In this document: positions 1-9,018 of the stretch, one piece after another
Numbering within the stretch: the first letter of the stretch is position 1
Layout: each line of letters starts with the position of its first letter
Source of the DNA: Limibacterium fermenti
GTDB lineage: Bacteria > Bacteroidota > Bacteroidia > Bacteroidales > Dysgonomonadaceae
Assembly (NCBI RefSeq): GCF_041902845.1
Contig: NZ_CP159486.1
Span: forward strand, 2,623,935-2,687,934
DNA length: 64,000 bases
Direction of reading: 5' to 3'
The notes under the pieces: model-generated
The model's input: the letters and a program-made list of their open reading frames with translations, nothing else
Databases searched by the model: none
What the model was told of the DNA's origin: nothing
Position numbers and translations under genes: made by a program

Positions 1-1782
1 TACTTTCCCATTTTTTTGTTGATAAACTCCAGATTCTTCAAATAATTTCTCACACAATTGAGAAAGATATGCTGTTTTTTCTTCTTTATTTCCTTTTGCC
101 GGCTTCTTCCAATCACGAAACACCGAAAAATCAAAAAGAACTCGTCCTTTAAAGTTTTCATTCTGAAAATATATATTTTTATCACGAATAAGATAAGTAA
201 AATCAGGAACTTTCTCACTCCAGGTAAGTTTTCCGATTTTAGGAAGGGTGGCAGACATGAGGATAAATTTCATGTTAAATAGCTCAGCATAATGATCTAT
301 CAAATAGATAATTTTATCCCACTGTTCCGGGGGATAAGATTGTAATTCATCAATAATAATAACTGAATTAGCTAATCGGTGAAGCAAATAATTCGTCTCT
401 TTCCGACACGTCTTAAGGAGGTCGAAAAAATGCACGTGAGAAGTAAGTATTACCGGATAATTTACAAACAATCCATCTAAATAACATTTCTTATTTTTCC
501 CATACTCTCCGTCGTTAGATTTCTCCTTTAATTCAGCACGAGAATGTAATTCAATTATTTCATCTTCGTTTAACCCTAACGTTTTCTGAAGAACCGTATA
601 AGTTTGCGTTATCAACGTAGTAAAAGGAAAAACATAAAAAACTTTATTAATGCTATTTTTTTTCGTACTTAAATCCTGTTCAAGAAGCTCCGATAGGGCA
701 ATCATCGACAAGTTCGTTTTTCCTCCACCGGTAGGTGCTTCAATATAAAACAAACGCTTATCGAAATTTAAACGAATATTGCGAATAACCTCAACGGCCA
801 TTTCAGAGCGAAGACGATTGAGATTATCATTATTTTTTTCTTGAGGACACAGCAATTTATAAGTATCAAGGTTATCATATACGCGTTTGTTGTAATCTTG
901 CGACGTATGAATATTATAAATAATCCGTTTCTTTAATTCTTCATCTAGAATACCGAAATCCGAATACATTTTCTGCCAACCATTCATATAGTGCATCGTT
1001 GCCAAATAATCGGAAGCGGTTAATAAGGAATAACACAGTTTGATTAATGCAAAAAAAGAAAACTCTTCCTTACAACCGGCATAAAACTCCGATAGATTAT
1101 CAAAAAGCTTACTTTTAAGCATCTCTTTCTCCAGTATTTTCGTTTTAAATGGTTCTTGAATCTCCCATGAGAAAAGCTTTAGATATCGATTGATGAACTC
1201 CAGCAAATCCGTTTTAAAATTAATTTCTTGAAAGGTGTTGTTGAGTTGTGAGGCATGATGTTTAGCAATAGGATATGAGAATGCGAATACGCAATACATT
1301 AATAGGAACTGATCGAGATTATTTTTTGCAATAAAGGGGATTTTATTCAGATGATAGGCTATGAAAAGATACTCGCTTAAGAGAGAATGATTGGTAGAAA
1401 TAGGACTTTCGAGCATTCTAAATAACGAATTGTTCATTTTGTCCGGGGCAGCTTGAAAATTCTCATTTACTTTTCCAAAATCATGGAAAATAATCGTATC
1501 ACAAAAGAGTTCTTTGATACTATTCTTCAGTTCAGGACTACATTGTCCCGAAAAGCAATTATCTGTAAAGCGCTGAATGATACTATTTATTACATCATCC
1601 AGTTGCAGGTGGTCGCAAACAGCGCAAAAATAATCGTTTACCAGATGTTGATGTTCTTCTAACGATTCATTTTTCCTCCCTTCTCTTATATGCGCATAGT
1701 AGTTTTCTTTATCCTTTAATTTAGAAAGAATAGATTGATTATTCGAAATAATTTGTCGTATTGAATTAAAAGAGTTGCACAT
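1..1782 (-). CDS. cas3: CRISPR-associated helicase/nuclease Cas3 (N-terminal HD nuclease plus DExH helicase). It is partial because the C-terminus lies beyond the window start.
   Basis: Hand translation of the minus strand from the ATG at 1782 gives MCNSFNSIRQIISNNQSILSKLKDKENYYAHIREGRKNES... with an HD motif ...IIFHDFGK... near nt 1470-1500. The Walker A motif APTGGGKT falls near nt 715-745 and a DExQ box (IIIDELQ) follows. No complete ORF of 60 aa or more appears on either strand across 283-1452, which is consistent with one long open frame running off the edge. It sits downstream of cas5 in cas operon order. Confidence 0.85.
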   Translation of the reverse strand, partial: MCNSFNSIRQIISNNQSILSKLKDKENYYAHIREGRKNESLEEHQHLVNDYFCAVCDHLQLDDVINSIIQRFTDNCFSGQCSPELKNSIKELFCDTIIFHDFGKVNENFQAAPDKMNNSLFRMLESPISTNHSLLSEYLFIAYHLNKIPFIAKNNLDQFLLMYCVFAFSYPIAKHHASQLNNTFQEINFKTDLLEFINRYLKLFSWEIQEPFKTKILEKEMLKSKLFDNLSEFYAGCKEEFSFFALIKLCYSLLTASDYLATMHYMNGWQKMYSDFGILDEELKKRIIYNIHTSQDYNKRVYDNLDTYKLLCPQEKNNDNLNRLRSEMAVEVIRNIRLNFDKRLFYIEAPTGGGKTNLSMIALSELLEQDLSTKKNSINKVFYVFPFTTLITQTYTVLQKTLGLNEDEIIELHSRAELKEKSNDGEYGKNKKCYLDGLFVNYPVILTSHVHFFDLLKTCRKETNYLLHRLANSVIIIDELQSYPPEQWDKIIYLIDHYAELFNMKFILMSATLPKIGKLTWSEKVPDFTYLIRDKNIYFQNENFKGRVLFDFSVFRDWKKPAKGNKEEKTAYLSQLCEKLFEESGVYQQKNGKV

Positions 1783-2545
1783 AAACGTTCTCTGACTCTA
1801 ACAAATATAAATCCCGTAATAGTGTATCTTTTTTTAATTTTGCCGAAGTGTAAGCAAAATCAGCCACTTCATACTGCAATAAACTCTCATTAAATCCGAT
1901 GGGCAATTTTTCGAAATAAAAAAAGAGCGGTTTTTCAGTTTCTGTGGAAAAGAGATCGAATCCTTCAGTTAAACTTTCCTTTGATTGTCTTATAGAGGTG
2001 TCGTCTTTATGAAAAATGGATATAATTTGAAAAGATGAATCAGGCTTTTTTTCACTATAGACATATTCATGGACACTATTTCTTTCCCACCATGCAGAAA
2101 AATCATTTTTCCCAAAATACGGCAAATATTCAGCTTCCTGATTTACAATCCTTTTATATAAAACATTTTCGATTTCATTAGTAGTATCAAGCAGCAGATA
2201 ACATCGAAAAGCAGGCTTTAAGAGTATTTGTTCAGAGACTATCAAATTTCCTCCGGCTTCAACACTTGCAAAACCAGTACTATTATTATAAGTGACAGTG
2301 GTTTTAGTATAATTTCCTTTATCACTATCCAATGGCTCTATCCCTATTTTGAGATGCTTGAGTTTATGATAATACTCCGGGAATTCACCATTTTTTTCAT
2401 ATCCTTTTAACCCTGCAATAGCACCTAAAATACCCAATAAGGCGGGCTTGTGTAACATATTATATGTCAAATATATTTTTTCATTTATATCGGGCTTTTT
2501 TAGAAAACCCATATCCGCACGCAGATCAAACGATATTAATTTCAT
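1766..2545 (-). CDS. cas5: CRISPR-associated protein Cas5 (type I-B, Cas5h-like)
   Basis: The 259-aa ORF has a Cas5-typical N-terminus (FLKKPDIN...YLTYNMLHKPALLGILGAIAGLKG). It lies between cas7 and cas3. Its stop overlaps the cas3 start by about 17 nt. Confidence 0.8.
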   Translation of the reverse strand: MKLISFDLRADMGFLKKPDINEKIYLTYNMLHKPALLGILGAIAGLKGYEKNGEFPEYYHKLKHLKIGIEPLDSDKGNYTKTTVTYNNSTGFASVEAGGNLIVSEQILLKPAFRCYLLLDTTNEIENVLYKRIVNQEAEYLPYFGKNDFSAWWERNSVHEYVYSEKKPDSSFQIISIFHKDDTSIRQSKESLTEGFDLFSTETEKPLFFYFEKLPIGFNESLLQYEVADFAYTSAKLKKDTLLRDLYLLESENVYVQLF

Positions 2546-2619
2546 ACCAAAAATAATTTTTTATGCCCGGCAGAATATGCGCAAAAACCCATACACTGCC
2601 AGGCATTTTGTCAAACGCA

Positions 2620-3561
2620 TTAAAGATTATTTTCCAAAACGTTTTTCGGAAGATTAAAAACCTTTGTGTTTACCTTATTATAATAGAGCTCTATTTTTTC
2701 TATTTGATCTGAATTTCTATCCAGAATTTCAGTTACATTATTAAAATCATAAACAACTTTTCCATCTTGTTTTTCATCCTGCATTTTAATTAAGTTCGTA
2801 AAGTTAGGCAGTACGATTTTGGAGTCTTTCTTTAGTTGTACCCACAACAATAACTCGTTCTCGCTACCGGCTTTCGAAGCAGAATCATACCATGTCACTC
2901 CACGACGCATTGCTTCCTTTAGTTTATCGATATCCTCCGTCGAAAGACTTTGCGCATCTTCACCTGCCAATGAAGCTATGTCAGAAAGATTTTGAGGATT
3001 GATGGAAAAATGGTGCACATAATGCCCTTCTTCCAATTTAGACTGGCGCCCTATCGTAGTCATGCCCTTTTCGGCTTCAGGATCGTTCGCCTTATTACTG
3101 AAGGGAGAGGTAATTTGTTCAGTAAATATATTATCTTCATGCCAAATGTTTATTCCATGATTGATCTGTACGGGTCCATGTACGGAAATATTCGTTTCTC
3201 CGGCAAAAGTCGCTCCGAAAAGGCGGATATCGATGCAAGACAAAAGATTTTTAGCCACAGCCGTTTTAATGATTCTATCATTGTTTTTCACTTTTTCTTT
3301 AGGGTAGTCTCCAAAATGTTTTTTGTAGGACTCATCCAAAGAAATAGGATTCATTTGATCGTTCAACGATTTGAAATAAAACACCCTTTCTTTGTCAAAT
3401 ACATCTTTAATGTAATTCTTGACCGTATATTTAAAAGCCTTATCGGTAGCATATACTTTACCATTCGGCAAACGGCGCGGTTGACCCGAAAAATCCGCAT
3501 TGTAATTTGAGTTGATCGCTTTTACAACAGCGACTCCGAAAATTCTGTTATTGAAATTCAT
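2620..3561 (-). CDS. cas7: CRISPR-associated protein Cas7 (Csh2/DevR family backbone subunit)
   Basis: The 313-aa ORF carries the N-terminal AINSNYNADFSGQPRR motif (the SNxNxD..G.PR signature of Cas7/Csd2/Csh2). It also has the DIRLFGATFAGE motif, which is the Cas7 'RLFG' signature. Confidence 0.85.
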   Translation of the reverse strand: MNFNNRIFGVAVVKAINSNYNADFSGQPRRLPNGKVYATDKAFKYTVKNYIKDVFDKERVFYFKSLNDQMNPISLDESYKKHFGDYPKEKVKNNDRIIKTAVAKNLLSCIDIRLFGATFAGETNISVHGPVQINHGINIWHEDNIFTEQITSPFSNKANDPEAEKGMTTIGRQSKLEEGHYVHHFSINPQNLSDIASLAGEDAQSLSTEDIDKLKEAMRRGVTWYDSASKAGSENELLLWVQLKKDSKIVLPNFTNLIKMQDEKQDGKVVYDFNNVTEILDRNSDQIEKIELYYNKVNTKVFNLPKNVLENNL

Positions 3562-3584
3562 ACTATTCTGTTTTTAATATGTGA

Positions 3585-5522
3585 TTATTCGCTTTTCGTG
3601 TTTTCGTCATTCTTTTTTTCATAGATTATATTAGGAGCAAAGCATCCGGCAAGTAAGAAACGCTGATATTTTTTCATATCTTCATTTCCTTCATAAGTCA
3701 AAACATCTTTCGCTAAATTGGCAAACCGGCCCTTTCCCAAATCGATCTCATGTTTGTACATGCTGATCATTTCCGTTATTGCATCTTGTACTTGAGCAAT
3801 ACTATGCTTTTGTAAAATAGGTTCTAACATTGCATACGTTTTGTTACTGGCAGCACTCTTTGTTAATAAATAATAGATTACTTGTCCCGCAGCAAAAGCG
3901 AATTCGGCAGGATCGGAAGACAATTCGACCTCATGGTTATTGGCAACAGACCGCACATGATTCATTAATTCTTTAATTTTTGAAGCCATATTATTTTTAT
4001 TTTTTGGATTATTCGTATCGAAATAATTATAAAGACTAAACCAGATATTTAATTTTTTCTTAATATCGTTTTCTTTTGAATGATATTTCCCTTCTTTAAA
4101 TTCATCTTGTCGCATATCTGCAATGATAACGTGATACATGATATCATCAAACATCAAACAGGTTATGGCATCTTCTTTCGATTTATAGATGTAATCGTAA
4201 AAAGCTTGCCTATATTTCATTATCATTTGATAAACAATATCTTTCCCGCTTACATATTGCGGGTCTATTTCGTTGAAATAGTTAACCGACATTTTATTAT
4301 CTTTGATTTTTACTAATGAATTATTGAAAACGGTTTGAACGATATTGCTTTCAAAACCAAAGATTGTATGGATTTCCATTGTCGATTCCGGCTGCTTACC
4401 GCTTGTTGATCCGAATAAATTCAATACTTCGCAGGGATGACCATTTTTCTCCATTTTGTATCGAAACAAAGAAACAAAATCAAAATCTTTCACTTCGCCG
4501 TTAAGCATGAACAGGAGATAGTAGTTTGCAAGATTCCTATTCCTTTCACCGCACACCTCTTTTAGAATTTCGGAATAAGCAGGCTTTCCGTCTTTTGTTT
4601 CATTATAAATCCGAATAATTTCAAGATTCGTTGCAAATTCTTTTTTATCAATGAATACCGGTAGCGGATTGGGTAATATCTTATTTGATAACAGCGTTTC
4701 AAAATTACTAAGTGCAAGAGCATCCTCAGCTGTAATTCTTCCACTTATACCTTTATACATAGAAGCGGTTTTATGCTCTAAGAACGGTTTTTTAGCATTC
4801 AATCCATTCAAGAAATTACTTAACCCGTAAGTGGCATCTGTTATTTCCTCTTCACTATTGTAATCATTTTTATTAAAGAGATTTTGTTTTAAATAGTTTG
4901 CATGTGCTTCCTTATATTTTGTCAAAGGGACGTCTTTCAAATAAATATTGACAAAAAAAGAATCTTTCATTTTATCAAAAATAGTCACTTCCAATTCAGA
5001 GCCATCTTTTTGTTTTTCAGGAATTAAAAAATCGTTTATATTCGTCAGGACTTCATAGCAAACTTGCTCGAAAGCTTTTGATTTTTGGATAGAAATTTCA
5101 TCATTATCATTTAAACAAATAGCTCTTGCATTTTCAAAATAATATGAAAACAGACTCGTTACCTTATCAGTTCCAATACCTTCTAATTTCGAATTCTGAA
5201 AAGACTTCTTTTTGAAAGTCACTATAAATGGGGAACACGAGAAAATTTGCTTTTTCTTATCGAAAACTTTATTCATAGTTGTTCCCACACGCCTGCCGCA
5301 ATCTTCGTATTTTATGATTTCTGATAATAATTCATCGGTATCATTTTTTCCGTCATAATAATCATAATCCACCTTATATCGAGGAGGCTTATTTTTCCAT
5401 TTTCCTTCTTCATCCAGTTCTATGAATAGGTGCAACCCTTCAGAAGGTTCTCTATTAATGGAGAAAATTTGAGGATTACTTTGAGATATTTCATTCATAA
5501 AATTCACAAGTTCTCGTATCAT
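3585..5522 (-). CDS. cas8b: Putative Cas8b-like large subunit (Csh1-like) of a type I-B Cascade. The assignment is made by operon position and I recognise no sequence motif.
   Basis: It is a 645-aa ORF and the first gene of the AT-rich operon, directly upstream of cas7-cas5-cas3. The size is typical for Cas8b. I could not identify any diagnostic motif by eye. Confidence 0.55.
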   Translation of the reverse strand: MIRELVNFMNEISQSNPQIFSINREPSEGLHLFIELDEEGKWKNKPPRYKVDYDYYDGKNDTDELLSEIIKYEDCGRRVGTTMNKVFDKKKQIFSCSPFIVTFKKKSFQNSKLEGIGTDKVTSLFSYYFENARAICLNDNDEISIQKSKAFEQVCYEVLTNINDFLIPEKQKDGSELEVTIFDKMKDSFFVNIYLKDVPLTKYKEAHANYLKQNLFNKNDYNSEEEITDATYGLSNFLNGLNAKKPFLEHKTASMYKGISGRITAEDALALSNFETLLSNKILPNPLPVFIDKKEFATNLEIIRIYNETKDGKPAYSEILKEVCGERNRNLANYYLLFMLNGEVKDFDFVSLFRYKMEKNGHPCEVLNLFGSTSGKQPESTMEIHTIFGFESNIVQTVFNNSLVKIKDNKMSVNYFNEIDPQYVSGKDIVYQMIMKYRQAFYDYIYKSKEDAITCLMFDDIMYHVIIADMRQDEFKEGKYHSKENDIKKKLNIWFSLYNYFDTNNPKNKNNMASKIKELMNHVRSVANNHEVELSSDPAEFAFAAGQVIYYLLTKSAASNKTYAMLEPILQKHSIAQVQDAITEMISMYKHEIDLGKGRFANLAKDVLTYEGNEDMKKYQRFLLAGCFAPNIIYEKKNDENTKSE

Positions 5523-5731
5523 GTTTTTTTCTTTGATTGACTAAGATTTGTATTTATATTTTTCATTTCATGCCGCAAGATAACACTTTTCAATGAAAGA
5601 AATAAATTTAAAAACAGAAATATTCATTATTATTTTAAATTATATTTTCATACTCTCCAACCGTGGGGCAACAGCCCTGCGGTTGGAGATGAATAGATAA
5701 GCCGTTAGGGTCTCTTGCCGGGACCGTTTGC

Positions 5732-6457
5732 TTAGACCTCCTTTTCCTCCTTTTCTTCCTTTTTCTTGTCGGCCTCTTTCCGTTCGGAATTGACTCTCTT
5801 GATGAGGTAACTCATCGTGTAGTCTTTCAGGCGGGCGGGATCGACACCTTTATAGATGGCTCTTCCGGCAATCAGATATTTATTCAAATCATGCCAGAAA
5901 TCATTACACGTCAAAAGGTTTTCCTGCGTGTTCAACCCGCGCTTGCTTCTTATGGATTCTTGCGCGTTATTGAGTGTCTCGATCTCTTCTACCGTATCTT
6001 TGATAGTCGCCACTAATTCGGGCTTTAATCCTTGCGATTGCAGCACTTCCAAATGTAAATTGATGTTGGCCGACAATTCGTGCCCTTTCTTCACGACCCC
6101 TTCGGTATTTCCGTTGCCGATTTCCGTTCGCAGGTCGCCCAATCCCAAATCATCACCGTTCAATTCGGTGGCTGCAAACCGGGCATATCCTTCCAGCCGG
6201 TTGAGCGGCTTTCGAAGTTCACGGATCTTCCGGTCTAACGTTTTGGTTATGCTTTTCATTTCCCTATTCAACGTATCGGTCGATACGGCATTCGCACATC
6301 CATTCCTCTTCGTTTCTAAAACGACAAGAGATTCTTCACTAAACTGGTCGGAATAAGCCGTAAAATCGGCCAAATCGCGACGTACACTTGTGATTGCATA
6401 CCCTCCGATGATGGGTAATTCTTCCACTTTACATGGGAACTCTTTTACTACTTTCAT
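5732..6457 (-). CDS. Hypothetical protein (coiled-coil-rich, K/E-rich C-terminal tail) in host-like GC context next to the cas island
   Basis: The 241-aa ORF has clean coding periodicity and a GC content like the bulk genome. I recognise no family. A hairpin (CTCCAACCG-N16-CGGTTGGAG) lies about 45 nt past its stop at 5654-5690. Confidence 0.5.
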   Translation of the reverse strand: MKVVKEFPCKVEELPIIGGYAITSVRRDLADFTAYSDQFSEESLVVLETKRNGCANAVSTDTLNREMKSITKTLDRKIRELRKPLNRLEGYARFAATELNGDDLGLGDLRTEIGNGNTEGVVKKGHELSANINLHLEVLQSQGLKPELVATIKDTVEEIETLNNAQESIRSKRGLNTQENLLTCNDFWHDLNKYLIAGRAIYKGVDPARLKDYTMSYLIKRVNSERKEADKKKEEKEEKEV

Positions 6458-6602
6458 TTTCTTTTTGTTTTAAGTTATGAATGAAATCTTAAGAGCGCTC
6501 GATTCCCGGGTGTCTATAGATATTAAATGTATATTGTCTCCTTCAAAAAGGATTGATTCGTTTGATATGGATGAGTACGATGCCCTCAACGCTTAGCCCG
6601 AA

Positions 6603-6854
6603 GCTCCCAATGAGTACCATGATGCTCCCAATCGTTACCCCGATGCACATAATCAGCAACCTGATGCAATTTTTTGCTACCCCGGTGCTTCCAAAGAGTT
6701 TCCTGAAGCTCCCAACGAGTTTCCCGAAGTTCCCAACGAGTTTCCCGAAGTTCCCAACGAGTTTCCCGAAGTTCCCAACGAGTTTCCCGAAGCTACTAAT
6801 GAGTACCCTGATGTTGTTTTTTAGTTTCCCGAAGCTCCCAAGCATCATCCCGGC
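6603..6854. repeat. Tandem repeat of 12 degenerate 21-bp units. The central four are identical (TTCCCAACGAGTTTCCCGAAG). It is in-frame and encodes heptads (FGKLVGN on the minus strand).
   Basis: Direct reading shows unit-by-unit 21-nt periodicity. The central copies are perfect and the edge copies are degenerate. ORFs 6543..6848 (-) and 6553..6960 (+) both read through it. Confidence 0.8.
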
Positions 6855-7104
6855 CTTCGTACCATCGATCCGTACTAACGAATTCCGTTTTCAATATGTC
6901 AAAAAACACAATCACGATTTGATTTTTATCCATGATCAATACCGCACGTTTTGCGGGTAAAATGTCTTTACATTCTTCAATTAAATTCGTTTCAAATATA
7001 CATAAAAGTATACACATATACACAGACCCATAAAAATTGAGTGTTCTGTTTGAGTCCGTTTGGGCCGGTTTTACACATTGATTTGAAATAAGCCACAACT
7101 TTCT

Positions 7105-7112
7105 CTATATTT
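7105..7112 (+). promoter_or_regulatory. Bacteroidetes-type -7 promoter element (TAnnTTTG) for the IS110 transposase
   Basis: TATATTTG is an exact match to TAnnTTTG and sits about 30 nt upstream of the transposase ATG. Confidence 0.4.
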
Positions 7113-7142
7113 GAAGATCATTAACCACTAAAATATTCAATA

Positions 7143-8351
7143 ATGAAAAAAGTATGTGGCTTAGATGTGCACAAAGATAATATATTCTGTGCAATCTACA
7201 ATGGAGAGAGTCATTCTCAAGTGAAAGAATATGCAACGCTGACCCCTGCAATCTATTCGATGGGTGAGTACCTGCAGTCGGAAGAGGTGGAGGAGGTGGC
7301 CCTGGAAAGCACGGGTATCTACTGGATTGCCGTGTGGGACATATTCTACGAGATGGGGTTCAAGTTGACGCTTGTCAACCCGTACCTGATCAAACAGATG
7401 CCGGGTCGTAAGAGCGACATCAAGGATGCCCAGTGGATAGCCAGCCTGTTGCACAAGGGCATGATGCGCGGCAGTTTCGTTCCTGCTCCCCTGATACAGG
7501 AGTTGCGGGTCTATTCCCGCAAATACGGCAAGCTCAGGCAGCAGGTGACCCGTGTGCTGACGTGTATGGACGCCATCCTGGTAAAGGCAGGTATCCGGGC
7601 GAGCAGTTGCCTGAGCAGTATCAGCACGAAAAGTTTCATGGGTATCGTCGAGGCGCTGATAGCCGGATGGACAGACCCGGGCTATCTTGTAAGCCTGGTG
7701 TACGGGAACAGGAAAAACAAGCAGAGCGGGAAATTAAAGGAGGCCCTTAGGGGCAATATCAGGGCGCACCACCGCCAGGAATTGTCCTGGGCGAAACAGG
7801 AGTATGACATATACCAGTTGCAGATATCGGAATGTCTGTCACAAATGGAGCGGATATGTGGCCTACATTTTGCGTTGCCGGTAAATCTTTTACAAACCAT
7901 TCCGGGAATAAGCCGGATAGCGGCGATGACCATAATAGCCGAAACGGGTGGGGATATGAGTGTCTTTGAAAATAGCGGCAAGATTGTCGGATGGGCGGGA
8001 TTGCGCCCGAGGAATGATGAAAGCGCCGGCAAATACAAGAGCACCGCTACCACCAAAGGCAACAAGTACCTGCGTTCGATCCTGGTACAGGTCTCCTGGG
8101 CGGCTTCCCGGTCGAAGGGTTCGTTTTTCAAGGAAAAGTTCCAACGCATGACCATGCGCAAGCCAAGGAAAAAGGCTCTGGTCGCCATAGCAAGGAAACT
8201 GCTCGTTGTCATATGGAACGTGCTCAAGCACACCAGGCAATACGATCCCCGGCTGGCCCCTGTTTACGATCCGGTGAAGATGAAAGCCCGGCTCGCATAT
8301 TACAAGAAGGAGTACGAAAAAACAGCGAACATACTGAATATTAATCTATAA
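7143..8351 (+). CDS. IS110 family transposase
   Basis: The 402-aa ORF has N-terminal GLDVHKD...ESTGIYW motifs characteristic of the IS110/IS1111 DEDD transposases. A TATATTTG -7 box lies at 7105-7112, about 30 nt upstream of the ATG. Confidence 0.8.
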   Translation: MKKVCGLDVHKDNIFCAIYNGESHSQVKEYATLTPAIYSMGEYLQSEEVEEVALESTGIYWIAVWDIFYEMGFKLTLVNPYLIKQMPGRKSDIKDAQWIASLLHKGMMRGSFVPAPLIQELRVYSRKYGKLRQQVTRVLTCMDAILVKAGIRASSCLSSISTKSFMGIVEALIAGWTDPGYLVSLVYGNRKNKQSGKLKEALRGNIRAHHRQELSWAKQEYDIYQLQISECLSQMERICGLHFALPVNLLQTIPGISRIAAMTIIAETGGDMSVFENSGKIVGWAGLRPRNDESAGKYKSTATTKGNKYLRSILVQVSWAASRSKGSFFKEKFQRMTMRKPRKKALVAIARKLLVVIWNVLKHTRQYDPRLAPVYDPVKMKARLAYYKKEYEKTANILNINL

Positions 8352-9018
8352 TACAAGCGTAAAGGCCGGGTAACTTTGTGGTGGCTCAAGACCCCGTTTA
8401 CAAATAGGCCAATGTCACAGTCGTCCCTGAAACGACCTCAAGAACACAGACCGGGGTTAATGCTGCTCCCAATAAGAGAAGACAAGCCCGCAGAAGAAAA
8501 TCGCATATCGGAAGGCGTCACCGCGTCTTTGCCTGCAACCTTGTGGGTAGGGTGATTTATGCCTGTATCCAAACATCTTTCTCTATTTAGCTCCATTTTT
8601 CTTTGAATATGGGGGGAATTTATAGAAGAAAGTTATAAAAAGTAATCGCGAAAAGAAATACTTTTTTTTCGAAAAGATATGCTAACAGGCGATTTTTAAC
8701 TTCATTTAAACCTACCGGACTTAACTTGCTTCATTTTTAACCGATTAAAAACTTTTCTTGTCCTGACAAAAGCGATTCGGAAAGGGCTCGATTTAATAAA
8801 AATTCAATAAAACAAGCATCGACAGGCATACCTGTCATTTTTCTTTTACGTTAAAAACAAAACGAAAAAGTTTCGGGATGTAAGGAAATCGGCATTTTCT
8901 ACGTTTATTTTGAAAGAGATGCATTATATTTGCAAGAACATTCACACTAAACGAAGGAACGGTTTTGAATTTTCCGAATGATCTGATTTTGTTTATTCTT
9001 TTATGCTGTTTTTTGCCT

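Larger units (their letters stand above)
7020..8570 (+). mobile_element. IS110-family insertion sequence. The ends are approximate, as this family lacks terminal inverted repeats.
   Basis: It is a GC-rich block (visibly higher than its surroundings) containing a DEDD-type IS110 transposase gene. The GC drop-offs lie near 7020 and 8570. Confidence 0.5.

Noticed and set aside
6603-6854. Possible CRISPR array near the cas genes
   Set aside because: The 21-bp units are directly contiguous with no unique spacers, and the period preserves a reading frame. It is a tandem repeat or minisatellite, not a CRISPR array.
7161-8240. Several minus-strand and alternative-frame ORFs inside the IS
   Set aside because: They are GC-rich shadow ORFs of the IS110 transposase gene.
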